Positions 55,538 to 64,000 of a DNA stretch of 64,000 nucleotides are shown piece after piece (within the stretch, counting starts at the first letter, position 1; each line of letters begins with the position of its first letter). The stretch comes from Longimicrobiales bacterium (GTDB lineage Bacteria > Gemmatimonadota > Gemmatimonadetes > Longimicrobiales > Gaopeijiaceae). The stretch covers positions 1,280,001 through 1,344,000 of the forward strand of contig CBDBCF010000001.1 in the NCBI GenBank assembly GCA_965202985.1, given 5' to 3'. A program made the position numbers and the translations under genes. The notes beneath the pieces are model-generated. The model worked only from the letters and a program-made list of their open reading frames with translations, had not been told where the DNA came from and searched no databases.

Positions 55538-57177
55538 AGCGCCCGAGAGCGCTAGCGGCCTCGGCGCTGGTCGCAGCTGTTGCGGCCGCCTCCCGCCGGG
55601 CACTGCTGGCCTGGGTTTCGGCACTGGCGGCAGTTTCGACGCTGGCAGGCTGCGGCAACCGCGACTCCGTCTACGACGTGCTGCTCGTGGGAGGACGCGT
55701 CCTGGACGGGTCCGGCAGTCCGCCGGTCGCAACGGACGTGGCCGTCCGCGACGGACGCATCGCGGCCGTCGGCGACCTGTCGGGTGCTTCCGCCGCCCTG
55801 CAACTGGACGTCGCGGGCTTGTACGTGGCACCCGGCTTCATCGACGTGCACTCCCACGCCGGCCCGGGCCTGGCCACCGAGGAACTGAGCCACGCCGAGC
55901 CGCTCCTGGCCCAGGGACTCGCGACGGTCGTGGTCAACCCGGACGGCGGCGGCCCGGTGGACTTGACGGAGCAGAGGGCCGCCCTGGAAGCCCACGGCTT
56001 GGGCGTCAACGCCGCGCTGCTGGTTCCCCACGGCTCCGTGCGCCGACAGGTGCTGGGCATGGAAGATCGAGCGCCGACCCCCGAAGAGCTGGACGAGATG
56101 CGGCGCCTGGTCCGCGAGGGCATGGAAGCGGGCGCATGGGGCCTCTCCTCGGGAACGTTCTACGTCCCCGGCAGCTACGCGGACAACGCCGAACTGATCG
56201 CGCTGGCGCGCGTCGCGTCCGGCTACGGCGGCGTCTACTCCAGCCACATCCGCGACGAATCCAACTACACCATCGGCGTCGAAGCGGCCGTCGAGGAAGT
56301 CGTCGAGGTGAGCCGCGAGGCCGACGTGACGGGGATCGTCACCCACGTCAAGGCGCTCGGTCCGCCGGTTTGGGGCGCGTCGACCGCCATCGTGGAGCGG
56401 ATCGAGGCCGCGCGTGCCGAAGGCCTGTCCGTCTACGCCGACCAGTATCCGTACTTGGCGTCCGCCACCGGACTGTCCGCGGCTCTGCTGCCCCGATGGT
56501 CCCAAGCGGGAGGCGCAGAGGCCTTCGAGCAACGACTTGCCGACCCCGAGGCGCGCGCCCGCATCCGCCAGGGCATGGTCGAGAACTTGGCCCGGCGCGG
56601 CGGTGCGGACCGCATACAGTTCCGGCGCTTCCAAGCCGACCCGTCGATCGAGGGCCGTCGGCTGTCGGAGGTGGCGGCGGAGCGGGGCGGCGATCCGGTG
56701 GACGTGGCCTTGGCGCTGATTCGCCAGGACGGCGGTCCCTCCATCGTCTCGTTCAACATGAGCGACGAGGACCTGTTGCGCCTCATGACCCAGGAATGGA
56801 CCATGACCTCTTCCGACGGCGGCCTCCCCCGCTTCGGCGTGGGCGTGCCCCATCCACGTTCCTACGGCGCCTTTGCCCGCAAGATCGGCAAGTTCGTCTT
56901 CGAGGACCGCGTGATCTCCTTGGGCGCAGCCGTCCGCAGCATGACCGCCCTGCCCGCCCAGGTGCTTGGCATGGAGGACCGCGGCCGCATTCGGCAGGAC
57001 ATGGTGGCCGACCTGGTCGTGTTCTCGGATTACTTCAAGGACAACGCCACCTTCGCCGAACCCCATCAGCTGTCTTCGGGAGTGGTCCACCTGTTCGTGG
57101 CCGGCGAAGCTGCCGTCCTGAACTCGTCGTTCACCGGCAGGAAAGCCGGAAGGGTGTTGGCGCTTTCGTCCCGCTAG
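55534..57177 (+). CDS. N-acyl-D-amino-acid deacylase, probable lipoprotein
   Basis: LAGC lipobox, GGRVLDGSG, PGFIDVHSH, SSHIRDE, DQYPY, HPRSYGAF, ADLVVF; ATGA overlap with ggt. Confidence 0.9.
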   Translation: MKRPRALAASALVAAVAAASRRALLAWVSALAAVSTLAGCGNRDSVYDVLLVGGRVLDGSGSPPVATDVAVRDGRIAAVGDLSGASAALQLDVAGLYVAPGFIDVHSHAGPGLATEELSHAEPLLAQGLATVVVNPDGGGPVDLTEQRAALEAHGLGVNAALLVPHGSVRRQVLGMEDRAPTPEELDEMRRLVREGMEAGAWGLSSGTFYVPGSYADNAELIALARVASGYGGVYSSHIRDESNYTIGVEAAVEEVVEVSREADVTGIVTHVKALGPPVWGASTAIVERIEAARAEGLSVYADQYPYLASATGLSAALLPRWSQAGGAEAFEQRLADPEARARIRQGMVENLARRGGADRIQFRRFQADPSIEGRRLSEVAAERGGDPVDVALALIRQDGGPSIVSFNMSDEDLLRLMTQEWTMTSSDGGLPRFGVGVPHPRSYGAFARKIGKFVFEDRVISLGAAVRSMTALPAQVLGMEDRGRIRQDMVADLVVFSDYFKDNATFAEPHQLSSGVVHLFVAGEAAVLNSSFTGRKAGRVLALSSR

Positions 57178-57265
57178 CTGGTGGATGTCGTCAAGACGGC
57201 TTGACTGACACGAGGCGATTGTCTGGAGGACATCCATCGATGGGGGATCGTCGGATCGACAACGG

Positions 57266-57294
57266 TTGACCTTCCATTGCGCTCCCAATAGCGT
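57266..57294 (+). promoter_or_regulatory. Putative sigma-70 promoter of the RRE-kinase-sulfotransferase operon
   Basis: TTGACC-N17-TAGCGT. Confidence 0.45.
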
Positions 57295-57350
57295 TGTCGG
57301 GCGGCGAGACGGGACCACCGCAAAATCGCTTCAACCAGGGGCTAGCGCAC

Positions 57351-57653
57351 ATGTCCGAGACAAGCGTTACTTCCGATACCCAGCTCAGGCGCACGACCGC
57401 CAACTTCGTGGATGCGGAGGTCGACGACGAGCTGGTGTTCATGGATGTGGAAAGAGGTTCGTTCTACGGCATCAGGGACACCGGTCGGGCGACATGGGAC
57501 CTTATCAACGAAGACGGCGACTGGTGCCGGCTGGGAGAAATCGTCTCTGCGCTGTGCCGGGAATTCGAGGTAGACGAGGGAACCTGCCTTCAGGACATGG
57601 CGATCTTTCTGGGCGAGCTGGAAGAGGCTGGTCTGGTCGAACTTGCCAGATAG
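57351..57653 (+). CDS. PqqD-family RiPP recognition element (lasso B1-like)
   Basis: AEVDDELVFMDVERGSFYGI..TGRATWDLI, IVSALCREFEVD..TCLQD...FLGELEEAGLV. Confidence 0.9.
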   Translation: MSETSVTSDTQLRRTTANFVDAEVDDELVFMDVERGSFYGIRDTGRATWDLINEDGDWCRLGEIVSALCREFEVDEGTCLQDMAIFLGELEEAGLVELAR

Positions 57654-57664
57654 AGCATCGGCGG

Positions 57665-58645
57665 ATGGGAAGCGCTGCGACGGAGCTTGACCGCTCCGAT
57701 TCCCGGCCGATGCCGGGGAAGACTGTTCCGTTCACGGTAGACGCCGACCTCGACTTGGGGACAAGCGTCGCCCCCTGGGTGCGACGCCACGGCGCCGACG
57801 TGACCATTCGGCGCGGCCCGGTGCCGGACTCGCTCGCGAACCCCGAGAGCGAAGGAGCGGCTTGGGCTTACGCGAAGGGCCGCCAGCTGATCCGCCTGCC
57901 GTGCGGACTCCGGTTGCTCGTCGAGGGCGGAGACCACATCCGGTACGCGGCGAAGCCCGGGCTTGCCGAGGCGGACATCCGGCTCTTCCTCATGGGAACC
58001 GCGTTGCCCGCGCTGGCCTTGGAGAGGGGGCTTCTTCCACTCCAAGCCAGCGCCGTGACTAGGGGAGGCGATGTGCACGCCTTCCGGGGCACCCCCGTGA
58101 CTGGCAAGTCCGTGCTGGCGGCGGCCCTGGCCGGGCGCGGGTACCCATTCTTCGCCGACGATTGCCTGATCCTTGATCCGGCCCAGTGCGACGACGGTGC
58201 ATGGTGTTGGCGCTACGACTACCTGAAGCTCCACCCGATGGGCTTGGCGCTCGTCGACCTCGACGACCGCAGGGCGAAGCGCGTCCGGGAGACCGACGGC
58301 TACGAGAAGGTGTACGCGAAGCCGGGCGAGCGGTTCCCCGGCGTCTCGGGGCGGCTCCGCACCATGTACGTGCTTCGGCGCTGGGTAGGTCCCAGCGGCG
58401 AACGCAATCCGCGCATCCGTCGCGAACGCGTGCTCGGCTCAGAGGCGGCAAGGCGTCTCTTTGGAGCCGTCCACCGGTCGTCGGTCGCCGTCGCGACCCT
58501 GGGTTACAAGGAGGTCTTCCGCCGTGCCACGACGTTCCTCCGCCACGTGGATGTGTACGACTTCTTCCAACCCGCGACCGCGGAGTGGTTTGGTCGGGGT
58601 GTTGACGCCGCTGCCGTATGGCTGTCGGCGCACGGATCGGAGTGA
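57665..58645 (+). CDS. HPr-kinase-like P-loop kinase (RiPP-cluster type)
   Basis: IRLFLMGTAL..L..ERGLLPLQASAV, GTPVTGKSVLAAALAGRG, FADD; alternative ATG at 57710. Confidence 0.8.
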   Translation: MGSAATELDRSDSRPMPGKTVPFTVDADLDLGTSVAPWVRRHGADVTIRRGPVPDSLANPESEGAAWAYAKGRQLIRLPCGLRLLVEGGDHIRYAAKPGLAEADIRLFLMGTALPALALERGLLPLQASAVTRGGDVHAFRGTPVTGKSVLAAALAGRGYPFFADDCLILDPAQCDDGAWCWRYDYLKLHPMGLALVDLDDRRAKRVRETDGYEKVYAKPGERFPGVSGRLRTMYVLRRWVGPSGERNPRIRRERVLGSEAARRLFGAVHRSSVAVATLGYKEVFRRATTFLRHVDVYDFFQPATAEWFGRGVDAAAVWLSAHGSE

Positions 58646-59538
58646 CCAAGGCGCGTTCGGTCGCCGGCCGGCATCGGATCGCATGGCTCGCGGGCCACGT
58701 AAGGTCCGGCAACACCTGGCGACGAGCGCTGCTGGCGAACTTCCTGGCAGCACGGGACGAACCCCTGCCGCTCGACGACATCGAGGCGGCGCTGCCCGGC
58801 CGCCGAACGTCCGACCGCACGGCCTTTGACGCATTGGCAGGCATCGCGTCGTCGGACTGCACCGAGGACGAAGCCGACATGGTCCGGCCGGCAGTCTACC
58901 GGGCCCAGGCTGCGCGCGCCGAGGCCGCCGGAATCCGCTTGTACTGTCAAGCTCACGACGCCTACCGCGACACGCCGTCGGGCGAAGCGCTCTTCCCCGA
59001 CGATGCCACCTGCGGGGCCATTTACGCCGTGCGGAATCCCCTCGACGTGGCCGTCTCGTGGGCGTTCTACCGGGGCCGTGAACGTTGCGAAGGCGCTACT
59101 CGGCCGCTGTGCGACCCCGACCACCACCTCCGGGGAACCGGATGGCCGCGACTGCGCGAAGTGACGTTCGACTGGTCGCGTCACGTGGAGAGCTGGCTGG
59201 CCGCCCCTTTTCCCGTGCTGCTTGTGCGTTACGAGGACCTGTTGGCCGATCCGGCGGTTCAGCTCGGCAGGATCGTCCAGTTCTTGGGGCTCGAGGGCGC
59301 CGACGACCAGACCCGGCTGCAACGGGCCGCGAACTTCGCAAGCTTCCGGAACCTGCAAGCCGACGAGGAGGAAGCCGGCTACCGGTACTACGCCGTACCG
59401 GGACGTCGGTTCTTCCGATCCGGGCGGGCGGGCGACTGGCGGAACCACCTGACGCCCGACCAAGCGCAGGAGATCGTGGACGCCCACAGGCGCGTCATGG
59501 CCAGACTCGGGTACGACGTGCCGGATTGCTCGCCGTGA
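58642..59538 (+). CDS. PAPS-dependent sulfotransferase (Sulfotransfer_1)
   Basis: WLAGHVRSGNTW (5'-PSB), VRNPLDVAVS (3'-PB), WSRHVESW, RYEDL, FFRSGRAGDW; GTGA overlap. Confidence 0.88.
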   Translation: MTKARSVAGRHRIAWLAGHVRSGNTWRRALLANFLAARDEPLPLDDIEAALPGRRTSDRTAFDALAGIASSDCTEDEADMVRPAVYRAQAARAEAAGIRLYCQAHDAYRDTPSGEALFPDDATCGAIYAVRNPLDVAVSWAFYRGRERCEGATRPLCDPDHHLRGTGWPRLREVTFDWSRHVESWLAAPFPVLLVRYEDLLADPAVQLGRIVQFLGLEGADDQTRLQRAANFASFRNLQADEEEAGYRYYAVPGRRFFRSGRAGDWRNHLTPDQAQEIVDAHRRVMARLGYDVPDCSP

Positions 59539-59594
59539 GAGAAGCCTCTGCGCGCCACTTGATTTGACCGACCACGGTGCGTCGTCGGGGCCGC

Positions 59595-61649
59595 CTACAG
59601 TCGGCGGAACCAGACGCCCTTTGTGCGGCCGTTGGACGCGATGAAGCCGGTCACGCTTCCGTTGCCGGCGCGCTGGAACGCCACCGTGGCCAAGAAGAAT
59701 ACGGAGGCCGAGAACTCGTCGGCGTCGCGATGCCGGAGCGGGATCGGCTCCATATTCAGGTGGTGCACGACAAGCTTGCCTTCCTCCAGCTTGACTTCGT
59801 AGAAGGTCTGTAACTCTTCGGAGAAGTACCGGCCAGCATAGACTTGCAACTGCTCATCCGACAGCTCGGTCTTTGGGGTCCGGCGCATGGACATGTCCGT
59901 GCCCGCCTGCCGCAGGGTTGCGCTGTCGGTGCTGCCGTCGGGCCGGAAGTGAAAGGTGAACTCGGCTTGGGCCGCGGCGATGACGGCGGTGGAATCCGAC
60001 AACGTGCGAGCTTCGGCGCGCGGTTGGCCTGCCGCTTGGAAGTACAACCGGCCGTCTTCGGTCGCGACTTCGGCGTCCAGCGACATGCCGGCCACGTCGA
60101 CCACCCAGTCGCCGGCCACAGCCTCCATGCGTTCCGGCGACATGCCGCCGTCCCCGTCGCCTTCGTCGGCCTGCGCGTCTTCGGCGTCCTCTTCCGCCTC
60201 CAAGTCGTCCGCAAAGAACAACTCCGCGACCCGGCGTCCCAGCCCCAGGTCGAAGGCGGCGTTGTTGCTCATCACGATCACGCCGCCCTCCAGCTCCGGA
60301 AAGTAGCCCAGGTAGGCCCGGTGAGCCACGTCGCCGCCCGTGTGCGCATAAATCCTGCGGCCGCGCAGTTCGCCAACCCCCAAGCCAAGCCCGTATCCCG
60401 TGGAATCGCCGTTCTCCAGCACGGCGGTCGTGGCGATGGCCGACACCGCCTCTTCGCCGCCCAGCGTCGCGTCCCGGTAGTTGAGCATCCAGCGGACCAA
60501 GTCCTGGGCCGTGGTGTAGATGCCGCCCGCGCCTGCCGACGCAGGCAGGTCTCGCGTGGCCCGGTATCCGCCGCGCTTGTCGTGCGCGTAGCCCTGCGCG
60601 CTCCCGGGGATCACTTCGCCCTGCACCATCTTGACTCGCGTGTCGCTCATCCCCAGGGGGCCGAAGACGCGCTCTTGCATGTACTCCGAGAAAGGCTGTC
60701 CGGAGACGCGCTCCACGACCAGCGACAGCAGGATGTACCCCGTGTTGTTGTAGTTCCATTCCGTGTTCGGAAGGGCCTGAAGGTCCGGTTGGCGCTGCAC
60801 GACCTGGATCGCCTTTTCACGGGCGAAGGCGTCTTCTCCCTGGAAGCCGGTCATGGGCAACAGGTTGTATATCTCGCGGTATCCGCTGGTGTGGTTCAGG
60901 AAGCGCCGAAGCGTAACCGGCGCGCCGAAGTCCGGCAGCTCGGGGATATGCGTTCGGATGTCGTCGTCCAGCGAAAGCTTGCCTTCGGCCTGCAGCAGCA
61001 GGAGTCCCATGGCCGTGAACTGCTTGGTCACGGAGCCGATGTTGGACACGGTGACCGCTTCCCAAGGCACGCCGTGTGTCAAGTTCGCCATGCCGAAGGC
61101 CCGCACGAACGACATGTCCCCGTCCTGCACGACCGCAACGACGCCGCCGGGGCGGTCCTCCCCGTCGTAGAGGCGCATCATCTGCTCGACCCGTCCTTCC
61201 GGATCTGCGGCGATCGGCTCCATGCCCAGCACCACGATCTCGTAGCGGCCTTCCGCGCCCTGGAACGGCGCGACCTCGATGGTGTACGCGCCCGTCGCTT
61301 CGGTCTCGAACTGGAAGGGCTCGGGGCCGCGCGCCGGACCATCGAAAGTACGCAGCTCGGCCCCGCTCGGGTCCTTGACTACGACCACGACGTCCATGTC
61401 GAGCTGCCGTACCTCGCCGTAGACGAACGTGCCCGCGCCGGCGTCCACCACGTACGAGTCGCGCGAGTCGGCCGAGAGGGCGCCAGCTACCGCGACGCCG
61501 GACTGCAAGGACGTGGCCTCTTGGGGGAGAGCCCGTGCGGCCGCGGGCCAGCCGACGGTCAGAATGCACAAGGCGACGCCGGCGCGTCCAGGGGCAAGCA
61601 GCGAACGTCCAGGGGCAAGCGGCGAACAAGTCTGGTGCCGAACACGCAT
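59595..61649 (-). CDS. Serine hydrolase (beta-lactamase class C-like) with N-terminal PPC-like domain
   Basis: GSVTKQF (SxxK), LNHTSG, YNNTGY, HTGG; DSY..DMDVVVVVKDPSG..GPE PPC-like domain; start uncertain. Confidence 0.88.
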   Translation of the reverse strand: MRVRHQTCSPLAPGRSLLAPGRAGVALCILTVGWPAAARALPQEATSLQSGVAVAGALSADSRDSYVVDAGAGTFVYGEVRQLDMDVVVVVKDPSGAELRTFDGPARGPEPFQFETEATGAYTIEVAPFQGAEGRYEIVVLGMEPIAADPEGRVEQMMRLYDGEDRPGGVVAVVQDGDMSFVRAFGMANLTHGVPWEAVTVSNIGSVTKQFTAMGLLLLQAEGKLSLDDDIRTHIPELPDFGAPVTLRRFLNHTSGYREIYNLLPMTGFQGEDAFAREKAIQVVQRQPDLQALPNTEWNYNNTGYILLSLVVERVSGQPFSEYMQERVFGPLGMSDTRVKMVQGEVIPGSAQGYAHDKRGGYRATRDLPASAGAGGIYTTAQDLVRWMLNYRDATLGGEEAVSAIATTAVLENGDSTGYGLGLGVGELRGRRIYAHTGGDVAHRAYLGYFPELEGGVIVMSNNAAFDLGLGRRVAELFFADDLEAEEDAEDAQADEGDGDGGMSPERMEAVAGDWVVDVAGMSLDAEVATEDGRLYFQAAGQPRAEARTLSDSTAVIAAAQAEFTFHFRPDGSTDSATLRQAGTDMSMRRTPKTELSDEQLQVYAGRYFSEELQTFYEVKLEEGKLVVHHLNMEPIPLRHRDADEFSASVFFLATVAFQRAGNGSVTGFIASNGRTKGVWFRRL

Positions 61650-61753
61650 GTCGGGCGACCTCGGTTTCATGGGTGCGGGAGGGGCGACCGGAAGCATATG
61701 GTGCGCGAGCGCGCCGGGGCAAGAACGGCGCGACCGACGGCCGATCGCCAACT

Positions 61754-62650
61754 TCACGCCGGGAGCTCCTCGAGGATCGCACGGTAGCTCCGGTGGCGCT
61801 CCGGCCGGATGCGGCCTTCCTTCAAGGCGCGCAGCACGGCGCAGCCGGGTTCGTGGACATGGGTGCAGTCGCGGAAGGCGCAGCCGTCCAAGAACGGCCG
61901 GAACTCGGCGAAGCACCGGTCCAGCTCGCCCGGCCCGACGCACCCCGGGCCGACCGCGGTGAAGCCGGGCAGGTCGATCACGTGTCCTCCGCGCGCCAGC
62001 GCCACGAGGCGGCTTGACACGGTCGCGTGGCGCCCCGCCCTGGACCGCTTGCCCACCGTCAGCGTGCGGAGAGCCAGCCCAGGCTCCACCCAGTTGAGCA
62101 GGGACGACTTTCCCACGCCCGAAGGCCCGACCAGCGCCGAAGCCCCCTCCCTCACCATTCGTCGGAACGCCTCCATTCCTTCGCCCGTGACCACGGAGGT
62201 GGTCGTCACCCGGTAGCCGGCGTCGCCGTACAGCGCCCCCAGGGTCTGCGCCGGCTCGGCCGTCCCCGGCAGGTCGATCTTGGTCAGAACCAGCCGCACC
62301 TCCAGCCGGCCCCACTCGCCCATGACCACCATGCGGTCGATCACGTCGCGCGACGGCGACGGGTCCGCCAGCGACGCCACCACGAGCAGCCGGTCCAGGT
62401 TGGCCGCCATGACCTTGACGCGCCGACCGTCGGCCGCCCGTCGGGCCAAGGTGGTCCGCCGGGCGTGGACCGCTTCGATGACGCAGCCGCTGGACTCGCT
62501 CTTCAGGGCCACGCTGTCGCCCACGACCACCCGGTCCTCCGTCCGGCCGCTCTGCTTGAGCCTGCCCCGCAACGACGCCTTCACCACGCCCGAGGACGTG
62601 GCGACCGAATAGACGCCGCCCAGAGCCTCCACGACCCGGCCGGCGGTCAC
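61754..62650 (-). CDS. rsgA: Ribosome small subunit-dependent GTPase A
   Basis: VVGDSV, AANLD, TKIDL, GPSGVGKSSLLN, GRHAT, IDLPG, CAFRDCTHVHEPGCAV zinc finger. Confidence 0.95.
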   Translation of the reverse strand: MTAGRVVEALGGVYSVATSSGVVKASLRGRLKQSGRTEDRVVVGDSVALKSESSGCVIEAVHARRTTLARRAADGRRVKVMAANLDRLLVVASLADPSPSRDVIDRMVVMGEWGRLEVRLVLTKIDLPGTAEPAQTLGALYGDAGYRVTTTSVVTGEGMEAFRRMVREGASALVGPSGVGKSSLLNWVEPGLALRTLTVGKRSRAGRHATVSSRLVALARGGHVIDLPGFTAVGPGCVGPGELDRCFAEFRPFLDGCAFRDCTHVHEPGCAVLRALKEGRIRPERHRSYRAILEELPA

Positions 62651-62687
62651 GGCCGGCGGGCATCCCGCGTTGGCCGAGCGTCCGGCG

Positions 62688-63581
62688 TCAGGCTGCGAAC
62701 GACCGCAGGGCCTCTCCCTTGTCGCCTTCGCGCAGGCGCCGCAGCGCCCGGTCCCTCAGCTGCCGGATGCGCTCGCGGGTCACGCCCAGATCGTTGCCGA
62801 TCTCTTCCAGGGTGTGCTCTCGCTCGCCCTCCAAGCCGAAGTACATGCGCAGGACCCGGGCGTCCCGCGGGTCCAGGGTAGCCAGCGCGGTGCTGATGGC
62901 TTCGCCCAGCAACCGGTTCTCCACCTCCACCTCGGGCTCGGGCGCCTCCTCGGTGATGAAGCGCTCCACCAGCTGGGAGTCCTCGCTGTCCCCGATGGGG
63001 GCGTCCAGGCGGATCTCGGCGGCGTTGAGCGTCTGGAGCGACTCCACCAGCTCCGGCGTCAGGTGCGCGGCACGGCCCAGTTCGTAGCTGGTGGGCTCGC
63101 GCCCCAGCTCCTGCTTGAGCCGCTCCTTCTCGCGGAAGATGCGGGCCAAGTCCGACGCCCGGTTCAGGGGCACGCGAACCGGGCGCCCGTGGTTCGCCAG
63201 CGACGCCAGGATCGCTTGGCGGATCCACCAAACGGCGTAGCTGATGAACTTGACCCCCTGGTCGGGGTCGAACTTCCGCGCTGCGGTGACCAGCCCCACG
63301 TTCCCCTCCTGGATCAGGTCCGTCAGGGAAACGCCCCGGTTCTGGTACTTCTTGGCCACGCTGATGACGAAGCGGAGGTTGGCCGTGGCCAGGGCTTGGA
63401 TGGCGTCCTCGTCGCCCTGCTGGGCCAGCGCCCCGAGCCTCTTCTCCTCGTCCGGCGTGATGAGTTCGTGGCGGCTCACGTCCCGCAGGTACTGATCCAG
63501 CGCGGTCTGCTCGTCCAAGCTGGCGTCGAAACCCGTGAGCGGATTGACCCGCCTCTTCCTGCCTCGAGTTTGTTTGGCCAT
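62688..63581 (-). CDS. RNA polymerase sigma-70 factor, RpoD/SigA family (no region 1.1)
   Basis: DQYLRDV, ANLRFVISVAKKYQNRG, DLIQEGN, FISYAVWWIRQ, TLEEIG..GVTRERIRQLRDRAL. Confidence 0.95.
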   Translation of the reverse strand: MAKQTRGRKRRVNPLTGFDASLDEQTALDQYLRDVSRHELITPDEEKRLGALAQQGDEDAIQALATANLRFVISVAKKYQNRGVSLTDLIQEGNVGLVTAARKFDPDQGVKFISYAVWWIRQAILASLANHGRPVRVPLNRASDLARIFREKERLKQELGREPTSYELGRAAHLTPELVESLQTLNAAEIRLDAPIGDSEDSQLVERFITEEAPEPEVEVENRLLGEAISTALATLDPRDARVLRMYFGLEGEREHTLEEIGNDLGVTRERIRQLRDRALRRLREGDKGEALRSFAA

Positions 63582-63875
63582 GTTTCACGTCCCGTTTTCT
63601 GGGTTGCGCGCCGGGCGGCTAGCCCGGCTGGGTGGAGCAAGTACAGCCCTAATGAATGGACGGTCCTTGCGCCGCTGTCAATGACTTGGTGGGGCTCCGG
63701 CCTCCGAGGAAGCCCTCGCCGACGGAGTGGTCCCTACTATTAGGTACCCTCGAAAGCCGAAAAGGTTCCAACGCCGACTTCGGAGCGCACCGCGGTTCGG
63801 CGTCTACAACCCCAATACGCCCGGCTCGAAGAGCGCTTTCGGCGGCGAGGCGGCGCGGTCCCTGGTCGTCCATCG

Positions 63876-64000
63876 CTACGCCGCTCCCAGGCGCTCCAAC
63901 AGCCATTCGGGAGCGGCTTCTCGCCGGTCGAAGGTGAACAGGCGGAGAACTCGGGCCGTGCGGTGAAGCTCCTCCGCTAGGCGCGGCAGGTCGATGAGCC
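63876..64000 (-). CDS. C-terminal end of an unidentified protein running off the window
   Basis: Open frame LIDLPRLAEELHRTARVLRLFTFDRREAAPEWLLERLGAA* with host-like codon usage. Confidence 0.5.
   Translation of the reverse strand, partial: LIDLPRLAEELHRTARVLRLFTFDRREAAPEWLLERLGAA

Noticed and set aside
57240..57269. 9-aa ORF MGDRRIDNG with upstream GGAGG as the RiPP precursor
   Set aside because: Too short, lacks a YxxP/Thr(-2) leader motif, and lies upstream of the predicted promoter
63590..63870. ncRNA or riboswitch upstream of the sigma factor
   Set aside because: No recognisable tRNA, tmRNA, SRP, RNase P or riboswitch consensus; only promoter-like boxes. An Rfam search would settle it

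Overview
High-GC bacterial chromosomal segment. The gene content (two short SigA-type sigma factors, DUF2723, many exported peptidases and acylases, a SusC-like TonB receptor) is compatible with Gemmatimonadota; this is an inference only. Left to right: (1) a tightly coupled minus-strand D-amino-acid/peptide operon (GNAT, S9 peptidase, Tat dipeptidase, lipoprotein D-aminoacylase, FAD oxidoreductase); (2) a lower-GC pair of STAND-like ATPases, the second with wHTH and TPRs, preceded by a TGACAG repeat/palindrome array; (3) a TonB receptor; (4) a ~13.5 kb defence island (13979-27470) containing a type III R-M with res before mod, three cargo genes between them (two frameshifted), an orphan MNT, an ABC/AAA ATPase + PIN pair, an IS5-type fragment, a truncated DISARM drmD, a DUF262/GmrSD-like gene and a decayed rpn that keeps its internal RpnS-like start; (5) housekeeping and metabolic genes (trpE, hydantoinase A, DUF2723, sat/cysC, M23, pckA, Omp85, sigma-70, ssb, polA, csp, M16, ABC-ATPase, DUF3179, ggt, D-aminoacylase, serine hydrolase, rsgA, sigma-70), a heptad/hendecad coiled-coil repeat gene, and an orphan RRE(PqqD)-HPrK-like kinase-sulfotransferase operon. 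No rRNA, tRNA or CRISPR array was recognised. The best candidates for undescribed systems are the dual-ATPase/TPR pair, the (MNT)-ATPase-PIN module, the res-mod cargo cassette and the orphan RRE-kinase-sulfotransferase operon. Family names come from motif recognition by eye, and GC statements are qualitative.
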